64,000 nucleotides of DNA from Syntrophales bacterium (GCA_040767195.1 JAXGPA010000001.1:544001-608000); one strand, 5' to 3'. Positions 9,610-20,190 are shown, counted from the first letter of the stretch. Notes: generated by a model from the letters alone, not told the origin. Program-made: numbers and translations.

Positions 9610-10583
9610 GGGCCCACCTCGACAGGATTTTCCGAAAGGGGCGCCAGGGACACGGCCATGCTTTTCGCCACCTTCTCGTTAAGCCACAACCGGTAGAAGG
9701 GTGAGCGCCTGTCACAGGGACCGCCCGCGAGGACCCGGAGGACCTCCTCGCCGCACTGGCCTCCGATCTCCCGGTAGTCGAAAACGAAGGACAGGACGGC
9801 CCCGCTTTCGTAAAAAAAGCGGTTGTAACCGATGGCAGGCACCCGGTTGTATATGGCTTCCCGGAGGATGTAGCGGATGAGGCTTTCCGTGGTGACGGTC
9901 CGGTCCGGAATGAGCCACAGGGCGTCGATTTTCTCCCAGTGATCTTTCAGGACCGCCGGGATGTCCTTCCGGGATGAGACGGGAACGGGGACGACGGACA
10001 GGCCGGGCTCGTCCCAGGCCCTTGCCTCGTCATAGAAATCGCTGTTGTTCTCCGGGTCGAAGAGAAGGCCGATTTTTTCGACACCGGGAAGAGTCCTTCG
10101 GACGGCCCGAAGCTGCTCCGCCACGGGCAGGTTCAGGGAAACCCCACAGGCCCCGTCACCGGGGACCATCTTTTCCGGGTTGAGAACCATGGAATAGAAA
10201 CGGGCCCCTGTTTCCGGCTCCAGGTCGTCCCAGAGAAAGCGCACCGCCAAGGGTCCGATGGCAACATAGACCCGGTATTCTTTCCGTGAGAGCCGGTCCA
10301 CAAGCGCCTTTTGCTCATCGGCGGGCAGTTTCTCCAGGTGAAAAGTGTCGAGAAATACGCCAGGATCGGAGTCGAGAACAGCTGCGAGGCCTTCCAGGGC
10401 CGCGATGTAGGGGCTGATCTCCTGGGAAACGAAAACGGCGACGGTTTTTTTCCCCGGTTCTTCCGCCCGAACGGGAGTCCCGCCGGAAAGAAAACACCAC
10501 GAGAGAAGAAGAGACAAAAGGGTCGCCTGAACCACCGCGGAGCGCTGGCAGGAATTACGTCGAAAAGAATCGGGACAACGCAC
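9606..10583 (-). CDS. ABC-type substrate-binding-like periplasmic protein (no permease nearby)
   Basis: Signal peptide; LPGVEKIGLLFDP and DALWLIPDRTV motifs; ATGA overlap with the kinase. Start position uncertain. Confidence 0.75.
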   Translation of the reverse strand: MRCPDSFRRNSCQRSAVVQATLLSLLLSWCFLSGGTPVRAEEPGKKTVAVFVSQEISPYIAALEGLAAVLDSDPGVFLDTFHLEKLPADEQKALVDRLSRKEYRVYVAIGPLAVRFLWDDLEPETGARFYSMVLNPEKMVPGDGACGVSLNLPVAEQLRAVRRTLPGVEKIGLLFDPENNSDFYDEARAWDEPGLSVVPVPVSSRKDIPAVLKDHWEKIDALWLIPDRTVTTESLIRYILREAIYNRVPAIGYNRFFYESGAVLSFVFDYREIGGQCGEEVLRVLAGGPCDRRSPFYRLWLNEKVAKSMAVSLAPLSENPVEVGP

Positions 10584-10631
10584 TTGGAACCTGGATACTC
10601 TCCGTTCAAAGACGACCCTGAAAGGGTCGGG

Positions 10632-12974
10632 CTATTTGCTCTCCAGCCTTTTCCGATGCTCCTCGAACTGCCTGGTAACCGATTTCACCTTTTTCTTGAA
10701 TTCATCCGTCACCGCGTCCACGTCCTCCAGGCTCACGATGACCCGGGGTGTGATCATGATGATCAGCTCCTTCTTATTAGATACCTTTTTCTCACTGCCC
10801 GCCAGGAACCTCAGGACAGGAACGTCGATGAGACACGGAACGCCTCCGGCGGAATCGGATTTCGTCTCCTTGATGAGCCCCCCGATAACCAGGGTCTGAC
10901 CGTGCTTCACCGACAGGGTCGTGTTTACCGCCCGCTTCGTGAAAGCAGGATAGTCCTTGCCGGCCACCTTGACACTCCCCGCGGGATCGCTGACTTCCTG
11001 GCTGATGTCCATGGTGACCATCCCCGTGTCATTGATATGGGGTGTCACGGTGAGAAGAATACCCGTGTCCCGGTACTGAATCGTGGTCTCGAAAACGGGG
11101 GTCGTCGTCGATGACGTGGTTTCGTAGGACGTGCTCGCCACGGGGATTTCGTCGGAAACATCGATCTTCGCTTCCTTGTTGTCCGAGGCCAGGATGTGGG
11201 GAGAGGAAAGGACGTTGACCTTGTTGTCCGTGGCCAGGGCATAGAGGGCCGCCTTCCATCTTTCCGTCAGCTGAACGGCATACCTGAGTCCCCCCGTCGT
11301 CGCCCCGATGCCCGCTGACAACCCTCCCGTGAAGGAGGCCACCGGGTTTACATTGTCAAAAGTCCATTCCACGCCCAGATCCGTCGTCTTATCCAGGGTG
11401 ATCTCGGCGATGGTTGCCTCGATGAGGACCTGGCGGGGCATGATGTCCAGTTGCAGGAGCACCTTTTCAATGATCCGGTAGTCCCTCGGCAGGGCTTTGA
11501 TGATGAGGGCGTTCCGCACCTCGTCCGTGGTGATGCTCACCTCACCCCGGATAGCGCCGGACTCGCTTTCCGCCCCTCCCGCCGCCGACGGTCCCGGTGG
11601 CGGCGAGGCCGCTGCCGGTTTCGCCGCTTCCTCCGTCTTTTGAGCAACGGCGGCCATGGACAGGGGGTTGGTCGGTGTACGGACCCGGCTTGGAAGCTCC
11701 TCCTTCTTGTCCGTCTTCTTCTCCGTGAAGATGCTCTGGAGGAGTTCTCCAATCTGTTTCGCTTCCCCGTTTTTCACGAAATAGACGTATATCTGCGGTT
11801 CCGCCGCATCACTGGGGATATCCAGTTCCCGCAGGAACGAATCCATCTCATCGAGGACTCGTTTCTGCATCGAAATCAAGAGAATGGCGTTCAGCCTCTC
11901 GATGGGGACGATGCTCACGTCGTCCTTCTTGCCTATAGTATAGGAAGAGAGCACTTCCTTCAGAATTTTGGCCAGATCCTCGGCCCTGGTGTTCTGGAGA
12001 AAGTAAAACCGGTGGCTCACCCGCTCGAACAGATCGGCATCGAAAACCTCCACCAGCTTCAGGCACTTCAAGACGTTTATCCCCTTGTCCACCAGGAGGA
12101 GCAGGTTCGAGCCGTCATGGGCCAGGATCGTCCCGTCCGCTGAAACAAAAGGTGTCAGGATCTTGGTCATTTCCTGGACGGAAATGAACCGGAGGGGCAC
12201 GATCTGCATGATGACCCTCTGGTCCGGCGAAAGGTCTTCCTGATCCTCGCTATCCCGTATCAGGAGAGGCAGCCGCGTGCTTTCCTTCATTTTGATAATC
12301 CGGTAAAGACTCCCCTCCTTCACGGCGGTGAGGCCGTTGGCTTCGAGAATCTGGTAGAAAACGGGAAACAGGTCCGCCTTCCCCAGCATCCCCGCTGTGT
12401 GAACGGTCACCCGGCCTCCCACGCCGGGATCCATGATGTAGTTGAACGCCAGTATTTCGGAAAATGTCCGGATGACTTCATAGATGTCGGCATCATCAAA
12501 ATTGAGGGTCACGCCTCCCTCGGCCTCTTGTTTTTCCTCTTTCGAGGTCTCTTCCGCCACCGGCGGGACGGCCGCGGCGGCGGGTCTCTTTTCATCGGGA
12601 ACAGCCGTTGTCTTTTCTTCCGGTACCGGCTCTTTTTCCGGAACCTTTTCGCCGGGAGAAGAACCCCACGGAAAATAGGGCGTCTTTCCTTTCTCCTCCG
12701 GAGGGGCCGCCTGGGCTCCGGGCCGTGACACCTTCAGCTTCATGAACCCGAAGGGCGTGTTCACGTACTCGTATTCTCCCGATTCGTCCACGACCCTGTC
12801 AGGTGCAATGTCGGGAAGGGATTCCTTCGAAGCCTCCTGTTCGGTCGCTGCCGGACGGTCGCCGCCGGACGGGCCGTCGGGCAGCGCCTGTGATCTTTCC
12901 GCGGCGCATCCAGCGGATGCCATCATCAGAAGAAGACAGGCTATCACCCTTATCATTACCGATCCTTTGCTCAT
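10632..12974 (-). CDS. gspD: Type II secretion secretin
   Basis: Lipobox-like SAGC, LNFDDADI N0 domain, QVLIEATIAEI, YRDTGILLTVTPHI, ELIIMITPRVI. Confidence 0.93.
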   Translation of the reverse strand: MSKGSVMIRVIACLLLMMASAGCAAERSQALPDGPSGGDRPAATEQEASKESLPDIAPDRVVDESGEYEYVNTPFGFMKLKVSRPGAQAAPPEEKGKTPYFPWGSSPGEKVPEKEPVPEEKTTAVPDEKRPAAAAVPPVAEETSKEEKQEAEGGVTLNFDDADIYEVIRTFSEILAFNYIMDPGVGGRVTVHTAGMLGKADLFPVFYQILEANGLTAVKEGSLYRIIKMKESTRLPLLIRDSEDQEDLSPDQRVIMQIVPLRFISVQEMTKILTPFVSADGTILAHDGSNLLLLVDKGINVLKCLKLVEVFDADLFERVSHRFYFLQNTRAEDLAKILKEVLSSYTIGKKDDVSIVPIERLNAILLISMQKRVLDEMDSFLRELDIPSDAAEPQIYVYFVKNGEAKQIGELLQSIFTEKKTDKKEELPSRVRTPTNPLSMAAVAQKTEEAAKPAAASPPPGPSAAGGAESESGAIRGEVSITTDEVRNALIIKALPRDYRIIEKVLLQLDIMPRQVLIEATIAEITLDKTTDLGVEWTFDNVNPVASFTGGLSAGIGATTGGLRYAVQLTERWKAALYALATDNKVNVLSSPHILASDNKEAKIDVSDEIPVASTSYETTSSTTTPVFETTIQYRDTGILLTVTPHINDTGMVTMDISQEVSDPAGSVKVAGKDYPAFTKRAVNTTLSVKHGQTLVIGGLIKETKSDSAGGVPCLIDVPVLRFLAGSEKKVSNKKELIIMITPRVIVSLEDVDAVTDEFKKKVKSVTRQFEEHRKRLESK

Positions 12975-13028
12975 TTCCTGTTCTTACCTTTCACCGGGAT
13001 CCATCATTCCAAACCCGGTTTACCGTTC

Positions 13029-13757
13029 TCACTTCTTTCTTATTTTCATCTTTCCGAAGGGGGTGTCGATGGTTTCGAATTCCTCTTCCGCCTTCCCTTT
13101 CTTGCCCGGGGCGGTACCGGAAGCCGGCGGGGTGCCGCCTGTCTTCTCCCCCGCCGTGGAAGCGGAGGCCGTTCCCCTTTTCTCATCGCCAGCCGGCGCG
13201 ATCACCGTCGGTTTGTCATCAGGAACGGAAACGGCCTTCCGGGGCTTGTCTTCCCCATACAGGGCGATCTCGTATTCCTGGCCGTTTCCCTCGAGGAAAA
13301 CCTTGTCTTTCTCGATCCGGGACACCTTGAAGGCTCCATAGGCCTCCCCTTCCCGGATCCAGAGAACGTCACGCTCACGGCCTTTTTTCTCCAGGTTGGT
13401 GACAAGGGCTTTCCGGTATCCTTCCATGAGGACGATGCCGTACAGAACCACTTTCTTGCCTGGAATTTTGAGTTCCTCCACCTCGGGCTTGTCTTCCCCG
13501 GAAGGTTCCGGGGGCGGCAGGTATTCTTTCCGGTTCGGGGAGAAAATGTTTTTTTCGAGGACCGCCTCGTAGGTCGTTTCGGGCGGCATGGTCTCCCGGC
13601 TGATTTTTTTCTCCGGAGCCCGTTCCGCTGGTCTTTCCGAGACTTTGCTGTCCAGAACTGACCGGTCGTCGTCGAACCAGACGTCGGCCGCCTTGATCCC
13701 GGAAAAAACAACGAGGACAGCCAGGGCCAGATTGATGAGCCATATCTTGGGGATCAT
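13029..13757 (-). CDS. GspC-like T2SS protein
   Basis: N-terminal TM, NIFSP motif and VLYGIV...GE.YG.FKV.RIEKD HR-like domain; lies between gspM and gspD. Confidence 0.6.
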   Translation of the reverse strand: MIPKIWLINLALAVLVVFSGIKAADVWFDDDRSVLDSKVSERPAERAPEKKISRETMPPETTYEAVLEKNIFSPNRKEYLPPPEPSGEDKPEVEELKIPGKKVVLYGIVLMEGYRKALVTNLEKKGRERDVLWIREGEAYGAFKVSRIEKDKVFLEGNGQEYEIALYGEDKPRKAVSVPDDKPTVIAPAGDEKRGTASASTAGEKTGGTPPASGTAPGKKGKAEEEFETIDTPFGKMKIRKK

Positions 13758-14320
13758 GATGCCGCCTTTCTCATGTATCCCGATACGATGATGTCCCCCT
13801 GCACCTGTTCGCCCTCCTTCCCCATGGCGCTTATCCGGACCCGTTCGAAAACGAGGAGCTTGGGCGACGATTCGATACCGTAGAGAACATCCCGGAGCTG
13901 ACGGGGGGAGCAGGTCACCAGGAACTGGACGGGAATGCGCAGGTAACTCTGTTCCTCCAGGTCCTCAGGTCGGAGGACCCGGACCGTCCTTATGTCCACA
14001 CTGGCTCTTCCCGTGATGTCCGCCAGGATATTCTGTATGTCCACCGCCGCCAGGGAGGGCGTGTCCCCGTTCAGAAGCCGGGAGTCGAACCGCTCCACCG
14101 TCCGGGTCAGGGCGAGGAGGCGGCCCTCCAGGTCCCCCGCGTTTTGGACCGTCTCGCGGTACTTGGAAATCTGTTTTGCCTTGACGAGGATCTCCTCGTC
14201 TCCCGGCCACAGCCCCGAAAGGGCGGGGTAAAAACGGTACACGAGGCCCATAAGCAGCAGGACCGCCCCGATGCCGAGAAGCCATTTTCGCTCTTTTGTC
14301 AGTTCTATTTTCCGGATCAT
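13754..14320 (-). CDS. gspM: GspM/PilO-like T2SS protein
   Basis: Single TM, coiled coil, LYGIESSPKLL motif; operon position. Confidence 0.7.
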   Translation of the reverse strand: MIRKIELTKERKWLLGIGAVLLLMGLVYRFYPALSGLWPGDEEILVKAKQISKYRETVQNAGDLEGRLLALTRTVERFDSRLLNGDTPSLAAVDIQNILADITGRASVDIRTVRVLRPEDLEEQSYLRIPVQFLVTCSPRQLRDVLYGIESSPKLLVFERVRISAMGKEGEQVQGDIIVSGYMRKAAS

Positions 14321-14325
14321 GAGGG

Positions 14326-15708
14326 CTACTGTACCTTGAGGCCGATGCGGAATCTTTCTTTGCCGTCCCGCCCCTTGGTGATCGGGGACAGGAAGGCGAC
14401 ATCCCGGAACCGGGGCGCAGACTCGAGAAGGGGAATCAGGTTTGACGTGGTGTCGGCATATCCCTCGATTTCAACGGACCCCGCCGAGAGGGAAAAACGC
14501 TGTACCCAGGCTGTCTCGGGGAGGATCGCCGTTATTTCCTTCAGGATTTCAAGCAGCGGCAACCGGTTTGCGGAGATCCCATTGAGGAAATCGATCTCAT
14601 CCTCGAGGGTCCGGACCTGTCCCTGGAGACGCTCGATCCTCCGGACGTCCTTGGTGAGGCTCTCCAGTTCCCCGTTCAGCCGGTCCATGAGGACTTTCTG
14701 GTGAAGGACGGCGCTTCCCAGCCAGCCCGCCGTGGCCAGAATCGCCAGGAAAGCCAGGATGAAAAGGGCGTAATATCCCGCCCGGCTCGCCTTCTTCCGG
14801 AGTTCCGGGGGCAGGAGGTTAACGTTCAGGGGAACCTTTCGCACCCCCTTGAGGGCCAGGCCGTAGGCAGGGATGAGGGATGGCGACTTCAGGCCCCGGG
14901 CGGCGGCGTTGACGCCGTCGACCCGGATGTTCCCCGCTTCCGCCAGGTCCCGGAGGATTTCCTCGCCGAAGGGCTCACCGGCGCAAAGAACCGGCGGAAG
15001 GGACCCGTCAGGGCTCTTCCCCCGGAGTTCCGAAATAATGGACGCCGCCTTTTCCAGTGTCGCCTCCCGCCCGCCGTCTCCCCCATGGACCGCCTTGGAG
15101 AAAACCACCTGGTTTTTGCGCAGCAGGCTCCCTTCCAGGTAACCGTCGCCGGCGAAGAGGATGGCCCTCTCCGGGGCCTCGGGCACATCCCTGTCCGTGG
15201 CGATGTAGTTGACCAGGGCCGAGGAGAGGGTTTCCACGCCCGAGAGGCCCGGGCCGATGGTCTTCATGAGATCGATGTAAGGTTCCGCCGCTTTCTTCCG
15301 GACGACGGTCAGAAAAGCGCGAAGCTGGCCGTCTTCCCGCTCCTCCTGAATGACCCGGGCGTCGAAATGGACGGTGTCGGCGGCGAAAGGCGTAAATTTT
15401 TCCATCTCGTAGCCCACCGTCTCCCGGAGATTCTCCCGGGCGGCCGATGGAAGCTCGATAAGCCGGGAAAGGATTTCCCGCCGGGGGAGGGCCATGTAGA
15501 CCTCGGCGGACGGAGGAACATGGTTCGTCTCCAGGAAGGTCTTGATGTGTCCGCACAGGGCCTGCATCCGCTCTTCCGGGGAAGAGGATTCCGCGAGGGA
15601 AAGGGCGAGCTGGTCCGCCAGGACAATGCCCCGGAACGAGCTTTTGAGAAAAACCAGGCCGAGGCGGTCCTCCTCGATATGTATTCCAAGACTGGATTGA
15701 AAAAGCAA
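14326..15708 (-). CDS. gspL: GspL-like (PilM/PilN-domain) protein
   Basis: Actin-like N-terminus (LGIHI..., ELPSAARENL), NLLP motif, TM, PilN-like C-terminus. Confidence 0.72.
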   Translation of the reverse strand: MLFQSSLGIHIEEDRLGLVFLKSSFRGIVLADQLALSLAESSSPEERMQALCGHIKTFLETNHVPPSAEVYMALPRREILSRLIELPSAARENLRETVGYEMEKFTPFAADTVHFDARVIQEEREDGQLRAFLTVVRKKAAEPYIDLMKTIGPGLSGVETLSSALVNYIATDRDVPEAPERAILFAGDGYLEGSLLRKNQVVFSKAVHGGDGGREATLEKAASIISELRGKSPDGSLPPVLCAGEPFGEEILRDLAEAGNIRVDGVNAAARGLKSPSLIPAYGLALKGVRKVPLNVNLLPPELRKKASRAGYYALFILAFLAILATAGWLGSAVLHQKVLMDRLNGELESLTKDVRRIERLQGQVRTLEDEIDFLNGISANRLPLLEILKEITAILPETAWVQRFSLSAGSVEIEGYADTTSNLIPLLESAPRFRDVAFLSPITKGRDGKERFRIGLKVQ

Positions 15709-15735
15709 CCGTTCCTCCCCGTTATTCCGACGCCG

Positions 15736-16725
15736 TCATTCTTCCCGCCAGGACAGGAACCTGTACCCTGTCGGGCTTCTCCGGTCCAGTTCCACGGTCA
15801 CGGAAAGACTGTCTCTGACGCCGCCCTGGCCAGCCTGTCCGGTGGACCTCACGGTGTAGAAGGAAGACAAGGCGAAGGTTAGATAAGGCGTCACCGCGGC
15901 GTAAACGTCCGGCCCCAGGATATCCGCCAGTTCGGAAGTCACCTTGAAATCCTTTTCCTTGCGGTACTCCAGGATCTGTGACACCAGGTCCTCCGTCATG
16001 AGGGGCAATGCAAGAAGCACTTCCGGTGAAGCGGCATTGATGTTGACTCGCTGGGTCACCTTCCGTCTCGCCGATTTCTTGGCCGCGGAATCGGGTTTTC
16101 GTTCCTGGAAAACGGTGAGCCTTTCACTCAGGCCACCGAAGAAAATCTCCGGCGTCATTCCCCTCACGAGAAGCAACTCGTCCACCGAATCGAAATCGCC
16201 GTCCTTGCAGTCATAGGGATCGCTAAGGTTCCTGTAATAGTCATCCTCCGCCCCGTTGACCCGGTGAAAGCCGTCCACATCCCGCCAGTCCTGGATGGAA
16301 TCCACGATGATGTTTTTTTCCTCATCGGTCAGGTCAAAACCGTTCAGCATGACCCGGAGAAGTTTTTCATCCGCCAGATTCAGATTGATCTTCCCCATTT
16401 CATTGCCCAGCATGACGACATAGTGCCCTGTTCCATACGGGATGGGGGGCTGCTCCACATTCACCCGCCATCGCTGCTCCTCTGTCGGCAAGAGGTCTTC
16501 CTCCCCCTCCTTCAACGGTATGAGGTCGTTCCTGAGGAGCTCCACAACGGCGTGGTTGATTCCCGCCAGGGCGATGTAGTACGCCTCGGTTTCTTCCTTG
16601 AAGTTGCGGGTGACGTTCACCTCCGTGCGCATGGCGTGGCAGAACTCACCGACGATGACCATGAGAAGAGCCAACACCCAGAGAACGAGAAAGAGCGCGA
16701 TGCCGCGGTCGTTTCCTTTTATCAT
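15736..16725 (-). CDS. gspK: Minor pseudopilin K
   Basis: G|IALFLVLW class III signal lacking Glu5; GKINLN, IQDWRD, VNINAA. Confidence 0.9.
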   Translation of the reverse strand: MIKGNDRGIALFLVLWVLALLMVIVGEFCHAMRTEVNVTRNFKEETEAYYIALAGINHAVVELLRNDLIPLKEGEEDLLPTEEQRWRVNVEQPPIPYGTGHYVVMLGNEMGKINLNLADEKLLRVMLNGFDLTDEEKNIIVDSIQDWRDVDGFHRVNGAEDDYYRNLSDPYDCKDGDFDSVDELLLVRGMTPEIFFGGLSERLTVFQERKPDSAAKKSARRKVTQRVNINAASPEVLLALPLMTEDLVSQILEYRKEKDFKVTSELADILGPDVYAAVTPYLTFALSSFYTVRSTGQAGQGGVRDSLSVTVELDRRSPTGYRFLSWREE

Positions 16726-16730
16726 GACCC

Positions 16731-17378
16731 TTACCCGGTATCCACGGTGACGCGCGCCACCACCGTCACGGGGGGTAACGATTCCTCCTCCGTCAGCGAA
16801 ACCCGGACGGCCAGAGGCGCCTTGCCGTCCATCTCGGGGTCCCACGCACTCTGCCATTGGGGCTCCGCGCCTTCCTCCCCCTGTTTCAGGTAAGCGAAGG
16901 AAATGCGATAAAAACCCGGGAGGAGCTCATGAAAATCCTCCTCGGCCACGGCGGCGGGATTTGCCGGGTCGGGAAGAAACACCCGATTTTTTTCGAAGAG
17001 AAAAAGGGACTCCCGGTCCCCTTCCTCCTCTTCACGAACCTCATATTTTGCATAAACCATGCCATATTCGTTTCCTGGGACCAGGGCCACCGAGGAAAGA
17101 AAGGACAGGGATTTTTCGTCTCCCCGGAAAGCGAAGGCGCCGCCGGGATCCTTCACCATGACGGGCCAGGCCATGGAAGCCATCTGCCGCTGGAGAAGAT
17201 CCATGACGATCCGCTCCCGCTGCCTCGTCTCGATGGTGGCTTCCCCTTTTTCCCAGGCCCGGACGCCCAGCCTCAGGGCGCCGAAGACGAGAACGGCGAT
17301 GACGCTGAGGAGAGTGAGCGAGATGAGAAGTTCGAGGAGGGTGAATCCCCGGTTTCCAGGGTTCTCATAGCCTGTCAT
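16731..17378 (-). CDS. gspJ: Minor pseudopilin J-like
   Basis: G|FTLLELLISL prepilin signal; position in cluster. Start could lie as far up as 17474. Confidence 0.72.
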   Translation of the reverse strand: MTGYENPGNRGFTLLELLISLTLLSVIAVLVFGALRLGVRAWEKGEATIETRQRERIVMDLLQRQMASMAWPVMVKDPGGAFAFRGDEKSLSFLSSVALVPGNEYGMVYAKYEVREEEEGDRESLFLFEKNRVFLPDPANPAAVAEEDFHELLPGFYRISFAYLKQGEEGAEPQWQSAWDPEMDGKAPLAVRVSLTEEESLPPVTVVARVTVDTG

Positions 17379-17473
17379 GGCGATTTTTGAAGCAGACTCC
17401 ATTTTGCTGCCGTACGGTCGGAGAGGCTTCATTTTCGCCATTGTCCCCGCTCCGGAATCGCGACGCCGGTCCA

Positions 17474-17911
17474 TCAGGCCGCCGCGGGTTCCTTCTCCAG
17501 GATACGGTTTGTCAGGAGTTCGAGAGATTTTTCCCGGAACCCCTGGCTCCAGAACACCCGGACGGTGATTTCAACGACCCGGAAGGGGAGCCTCTCGGCC
17601 TCCTCCTCCGGCAGAGGCACCGGGACGACCGAGGTTTCCCACCGGTAGGCCTTGTCGCACTCACCGGCCAGGAGGCCTTCCTCGAGGGGTGTTTTGAGAA
17701 GCATCTCCTCCATGATCTCCCGGGCGTAGAACACCCCCCGGGTATAGTCCTCCGCGGCTTTTCCCGCTTTCAGCCCTCCGGAAAAAAGCTGAAAGACAAC
17801 GACGAGGGCGATGGCCAGGACGGAAATCGCCACGAGGGTTTCCATGAGGGTGAATCCCGGGGAAAGGCCCTTTCGGGTCCCCTGTGGCAGCGCCTGGTCA
17901 GAACGTTTCAT
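17474..17911 (-). CDS. gspI: Minor pseudopilin I-like
   Basis: G|FTLMETLVAISV prepilin signal, short length, position. Confidence 0.72.
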   Translation of the reverse strand: MKRSDQALPQGTRKGLSPGFTLMETLVAISVLAIALVVVFQLFSGGLKAGKAAEDYTRGVFYAREIMEEMLLKTPLEEGLLAGECDKAYRWETSVVPVPLPEEEAERLPFRVVEITVRVFWSQGFREKSLELLTNRILEKEPAAA

Positions 17912-18485
17912 CGGTGATGTCCTCGATCCGCACCGTGCCGGTTATGAAATCGATGTTTATGCCGTAAGCCCGCTCCCTGTCGTTAACCATCTCCAGGGTC
18001 CCGCCGCTGCATCCGCCGGTAGGCAGGAAAAGGATTTCCACCGTCCCGTCCTCCCACGACTCTTCTCCCTGGTGCACCCGTTTCCACCGGACTCCGGAGG
18101 GGAGAACATATTCCCGCCTCTCCGATCTCTTGCCGTCATCACGTTCCCCTTCCGCCAGAATGTCGTCCTCCCGCCTTTCCTCTTCGGGAAAGAGAACCAT
18201 CCGATTTTTCTCGAAATCGACCTGGACAACCCAGGTCGCTTTCTTCGCCGTTGCCTGGTTCCGGGCATACCGGAGGGACCCCGCCGCCTTCTTCACCGCC
18301 GATGTCAGCTCCAGGTTGGCCAGGGAATCAGACACCCGGGGAACGACAAGAAGAAAGGAAAGGCCGATAAGGGTCAGGACGATGAGAAGCTCGAGAAGGG
18401 TGAACCCCGCCGGCCCCTTTCGGCCGGTCCAAAGAGCCAGGACGGACCCCCGGGCTTCCGGGCCCGGCGTTTCCGAAGGTTTCAA
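17898..18485 (-). CDS. gspH: Minor pseudopilin H (GspH/FimT-like)
   Basis: G|FTLLELLIVL, LRYARNQA, FLPTGGCSGG. Confidence 0.8.
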   Translation of the reverse strand: MKPSETPGPEARGSVLALWTGRKGPAGFTLLELLIVLTLIGLSFLLVVPRVSDSLANLELTSAVKKAAGSLRYARNQATAKKATWVVQVDFEKNRMVLFPEEERREDDILAEGERDDGKRSERREYVLPSGVRWKRVHQGEESWEDGTVEILFLPTGGCSGGTLEMVNDRERAYGINIDFITGTVRIEDITDETF

Positions 18486-18497
18486 GGCGTTCCTCGG

Positions 18498-18929
18498 TTA
18501 ATCGGACAGACCCTTCCAGTTCACCACGTCCTCATCTTCCCCTTCGCCGCCCTCTTTCCCGTCGCCGCCGAGGGAAATGATGTCAATTTCCCCGTTTTCC
18601 CCCGGTGACTGGTACACATAGGCGTGCCCCCAGGGATCCACGGGGATTTCCTTGGGAAGGTACGGGCCGTCCCAGCGCTCGGCATCTTCCGGCTTTTCCC
18701 GGAGGGCCTCCAGGCCCTGCTCCGTGGTGGGGTATTTCCCCACGTCGAGCCGATACGTGTCGAGGGCCGTCTCGAAGAGGGCGATCTGGGCCTTTGCGGC
18801 CTTCTGCCTGGACTTGCCCACTTTCCCGAACATCCGGGGGGCCACCAGGGCGGCCAGGAGGCCCAGGATGACCATGACGATCAGAACCTCGATGAGCGTG
18901 AACCCTTTTTCGCCTCTTTTGATTTTCAC
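18498..18929 (-). CDS. gspG: Major pseudopilin
   Basis: G|FTLIEVLIV, ALDTYRLDVGKYPTTEQGL, GPYL, DPWG. Confidence 0.96.
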   Translation of the reverse strand: MKIKRGEKGFTLIEVLIVMVILGLLAALVAPRMFGKVGKSRQKAAKAQIALFETALDTYRLDVGKYPTTEQGLEALREKPEDAERWDGPYLPKEIPVDPWGHAYVYQSPGENGEIDIISLGGDGKEGGEGEDEDVVNWKGLSD

Positions 18930-18942
18930 TGTTTCTCACCTC

Positions 18943-20172
18943 TCAGAATGGCATTTCGTTCATGCTGAAGATGGCCGTCAGCATGGAAATAACGATGAGC
19001 CCCACGATGACCCCCATAACGAGGATCATGGCCGGCTCGAGAAGATTGATGAACCGCTTTACCGCGTCTCTCACGATTTTCTCATAATTTTCGGCGACCC
19101 GGAGGAGCATGGCGTCGAGCCTGCCCGTTTCCTCGCCCACGGTGATCATCTGAACGGCCAGGGACGGAAAGAGGTTCAGGTCGTTCAGGGCCTTGGAAAG
19201 GCGGTCCCCCTCCTTGACCCGGTTGTTGACCCGCTCCAGGGACCGGGCGATCTCCCGGTTGCCGATAATGTCCCGGACGAGGGTCAGGGCCTGGAGGATG
19301 GGAACGCCGCTTTTCGTGAGGGTGCCCAAAGTCCGGGAAAAGCGGGCCACCTCGATCTTCCGGACCAGGTCGCCGCTTACGGGAAGCCGGAGCTTCATCC
19401 GGTCGAAACGCTGCCGTCCCGGGGGGGTGGCGATATAGCGCTTCGCCAGGTAAACGAGCCCGATGACGCAAAGAAGAAGGAGCCAACCGTAATCGCGGAG
19501 GAAGTAACTGAATCCGAGAAGAAGCCGCGTGGTCAGGGGAATGGCCTGGCCCATGTCGGCGAAGATGACGGAGAACTTGGGAATCACGTACGTCATGAGG
19601 ATGATGATGGACACCCCCCCCACGGCGACGAGAAAGAGGGGGTAGACCATGGCGGACCGTACGAAATCGCGGAGTTCCTGGGCGCTTTCCAGAAAAAGGG
19701 CCAGCCGTTCGAGGACGGGGCCGATGACGCCCCCCGTCTCCCCCGCCCGGATCATGTTGACGTAAAAAGGGGAAAACACCCGGGGATACCGGGCCAGGGC
19801 GTCGGAGAGATAGGACCCCCCCTGGACGGCCTTCAGGATCTCGCCGATCACCTCCCGGAAGCGCTCCTTCTCCGTCACGTCGATCTGGATGGCCAGGGCC
19901 CGGTCCACGGGAAGCCCCGCGTTGAGAAGGACGGAAAGGTCCTGGGTGAAGATCATCACGTCCCGGGAGGAAACGACGTTGAAAAACCCCTGGAGGCGTT
20001 CCATGATCTTCCCCTCCAGGTTCTTTCCCGCCCCCCGGGAGAGATCGATCTGAATGGGAACGCACCCCATGGCGTGGATCTTCTCCACGGCCCCCTTCTT
20101 GTCAGCCGCTTCCAGGACGCCGCGGACGACCCGGCCCGACGAATCGGCGGCTTTGTAGGAATACACCGTCAT
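18943..20172 (-). CDS. gspF: T2SS inner-membrane platform protein
   Basis: Duplicated T2SSF domains (MIRAGETGG, MITVGEETG, LLEPAMI). Confidence 0.94.
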   Translation of the reverse strand: MTVYSYKAADSSGRVVRGVLEAADKKGAVEKIHAMGCVPIQIDLSRGAGKNLEGKIMERLQGFFNVVSSRDVMIFTQDLSVLLNAGLPVDRALAIQIDVTEKERFREVIGEILKAVQGGSYLSDALARYPRVFSPFYVNMIRAGETGGVIGPVLERLALFLESAQELRDFVRSAMVYPLFLVAVGGVSIIILMTYVIPKFSVIFADMGQAIPLTTRLLLGFSYFLRDYGWLLLLCVIGLVYLAKRYIATPPGRQRFDRMKLRLPVSGDLVRKIEVARFSRTLGTLTKSGVPILQALTLVRDIIGNREIARSLERVNNRVKEGDRLSKALNDLNLFPSLAVQMITVGEETGRLDAMLLRVAENYEKIVRDAVKRFINLLEPAMILVMGVIVGLIVISMLTAIFSMNEMPF

Positions 20173-20190
20173 TTCAATATCTTAAAAAGG

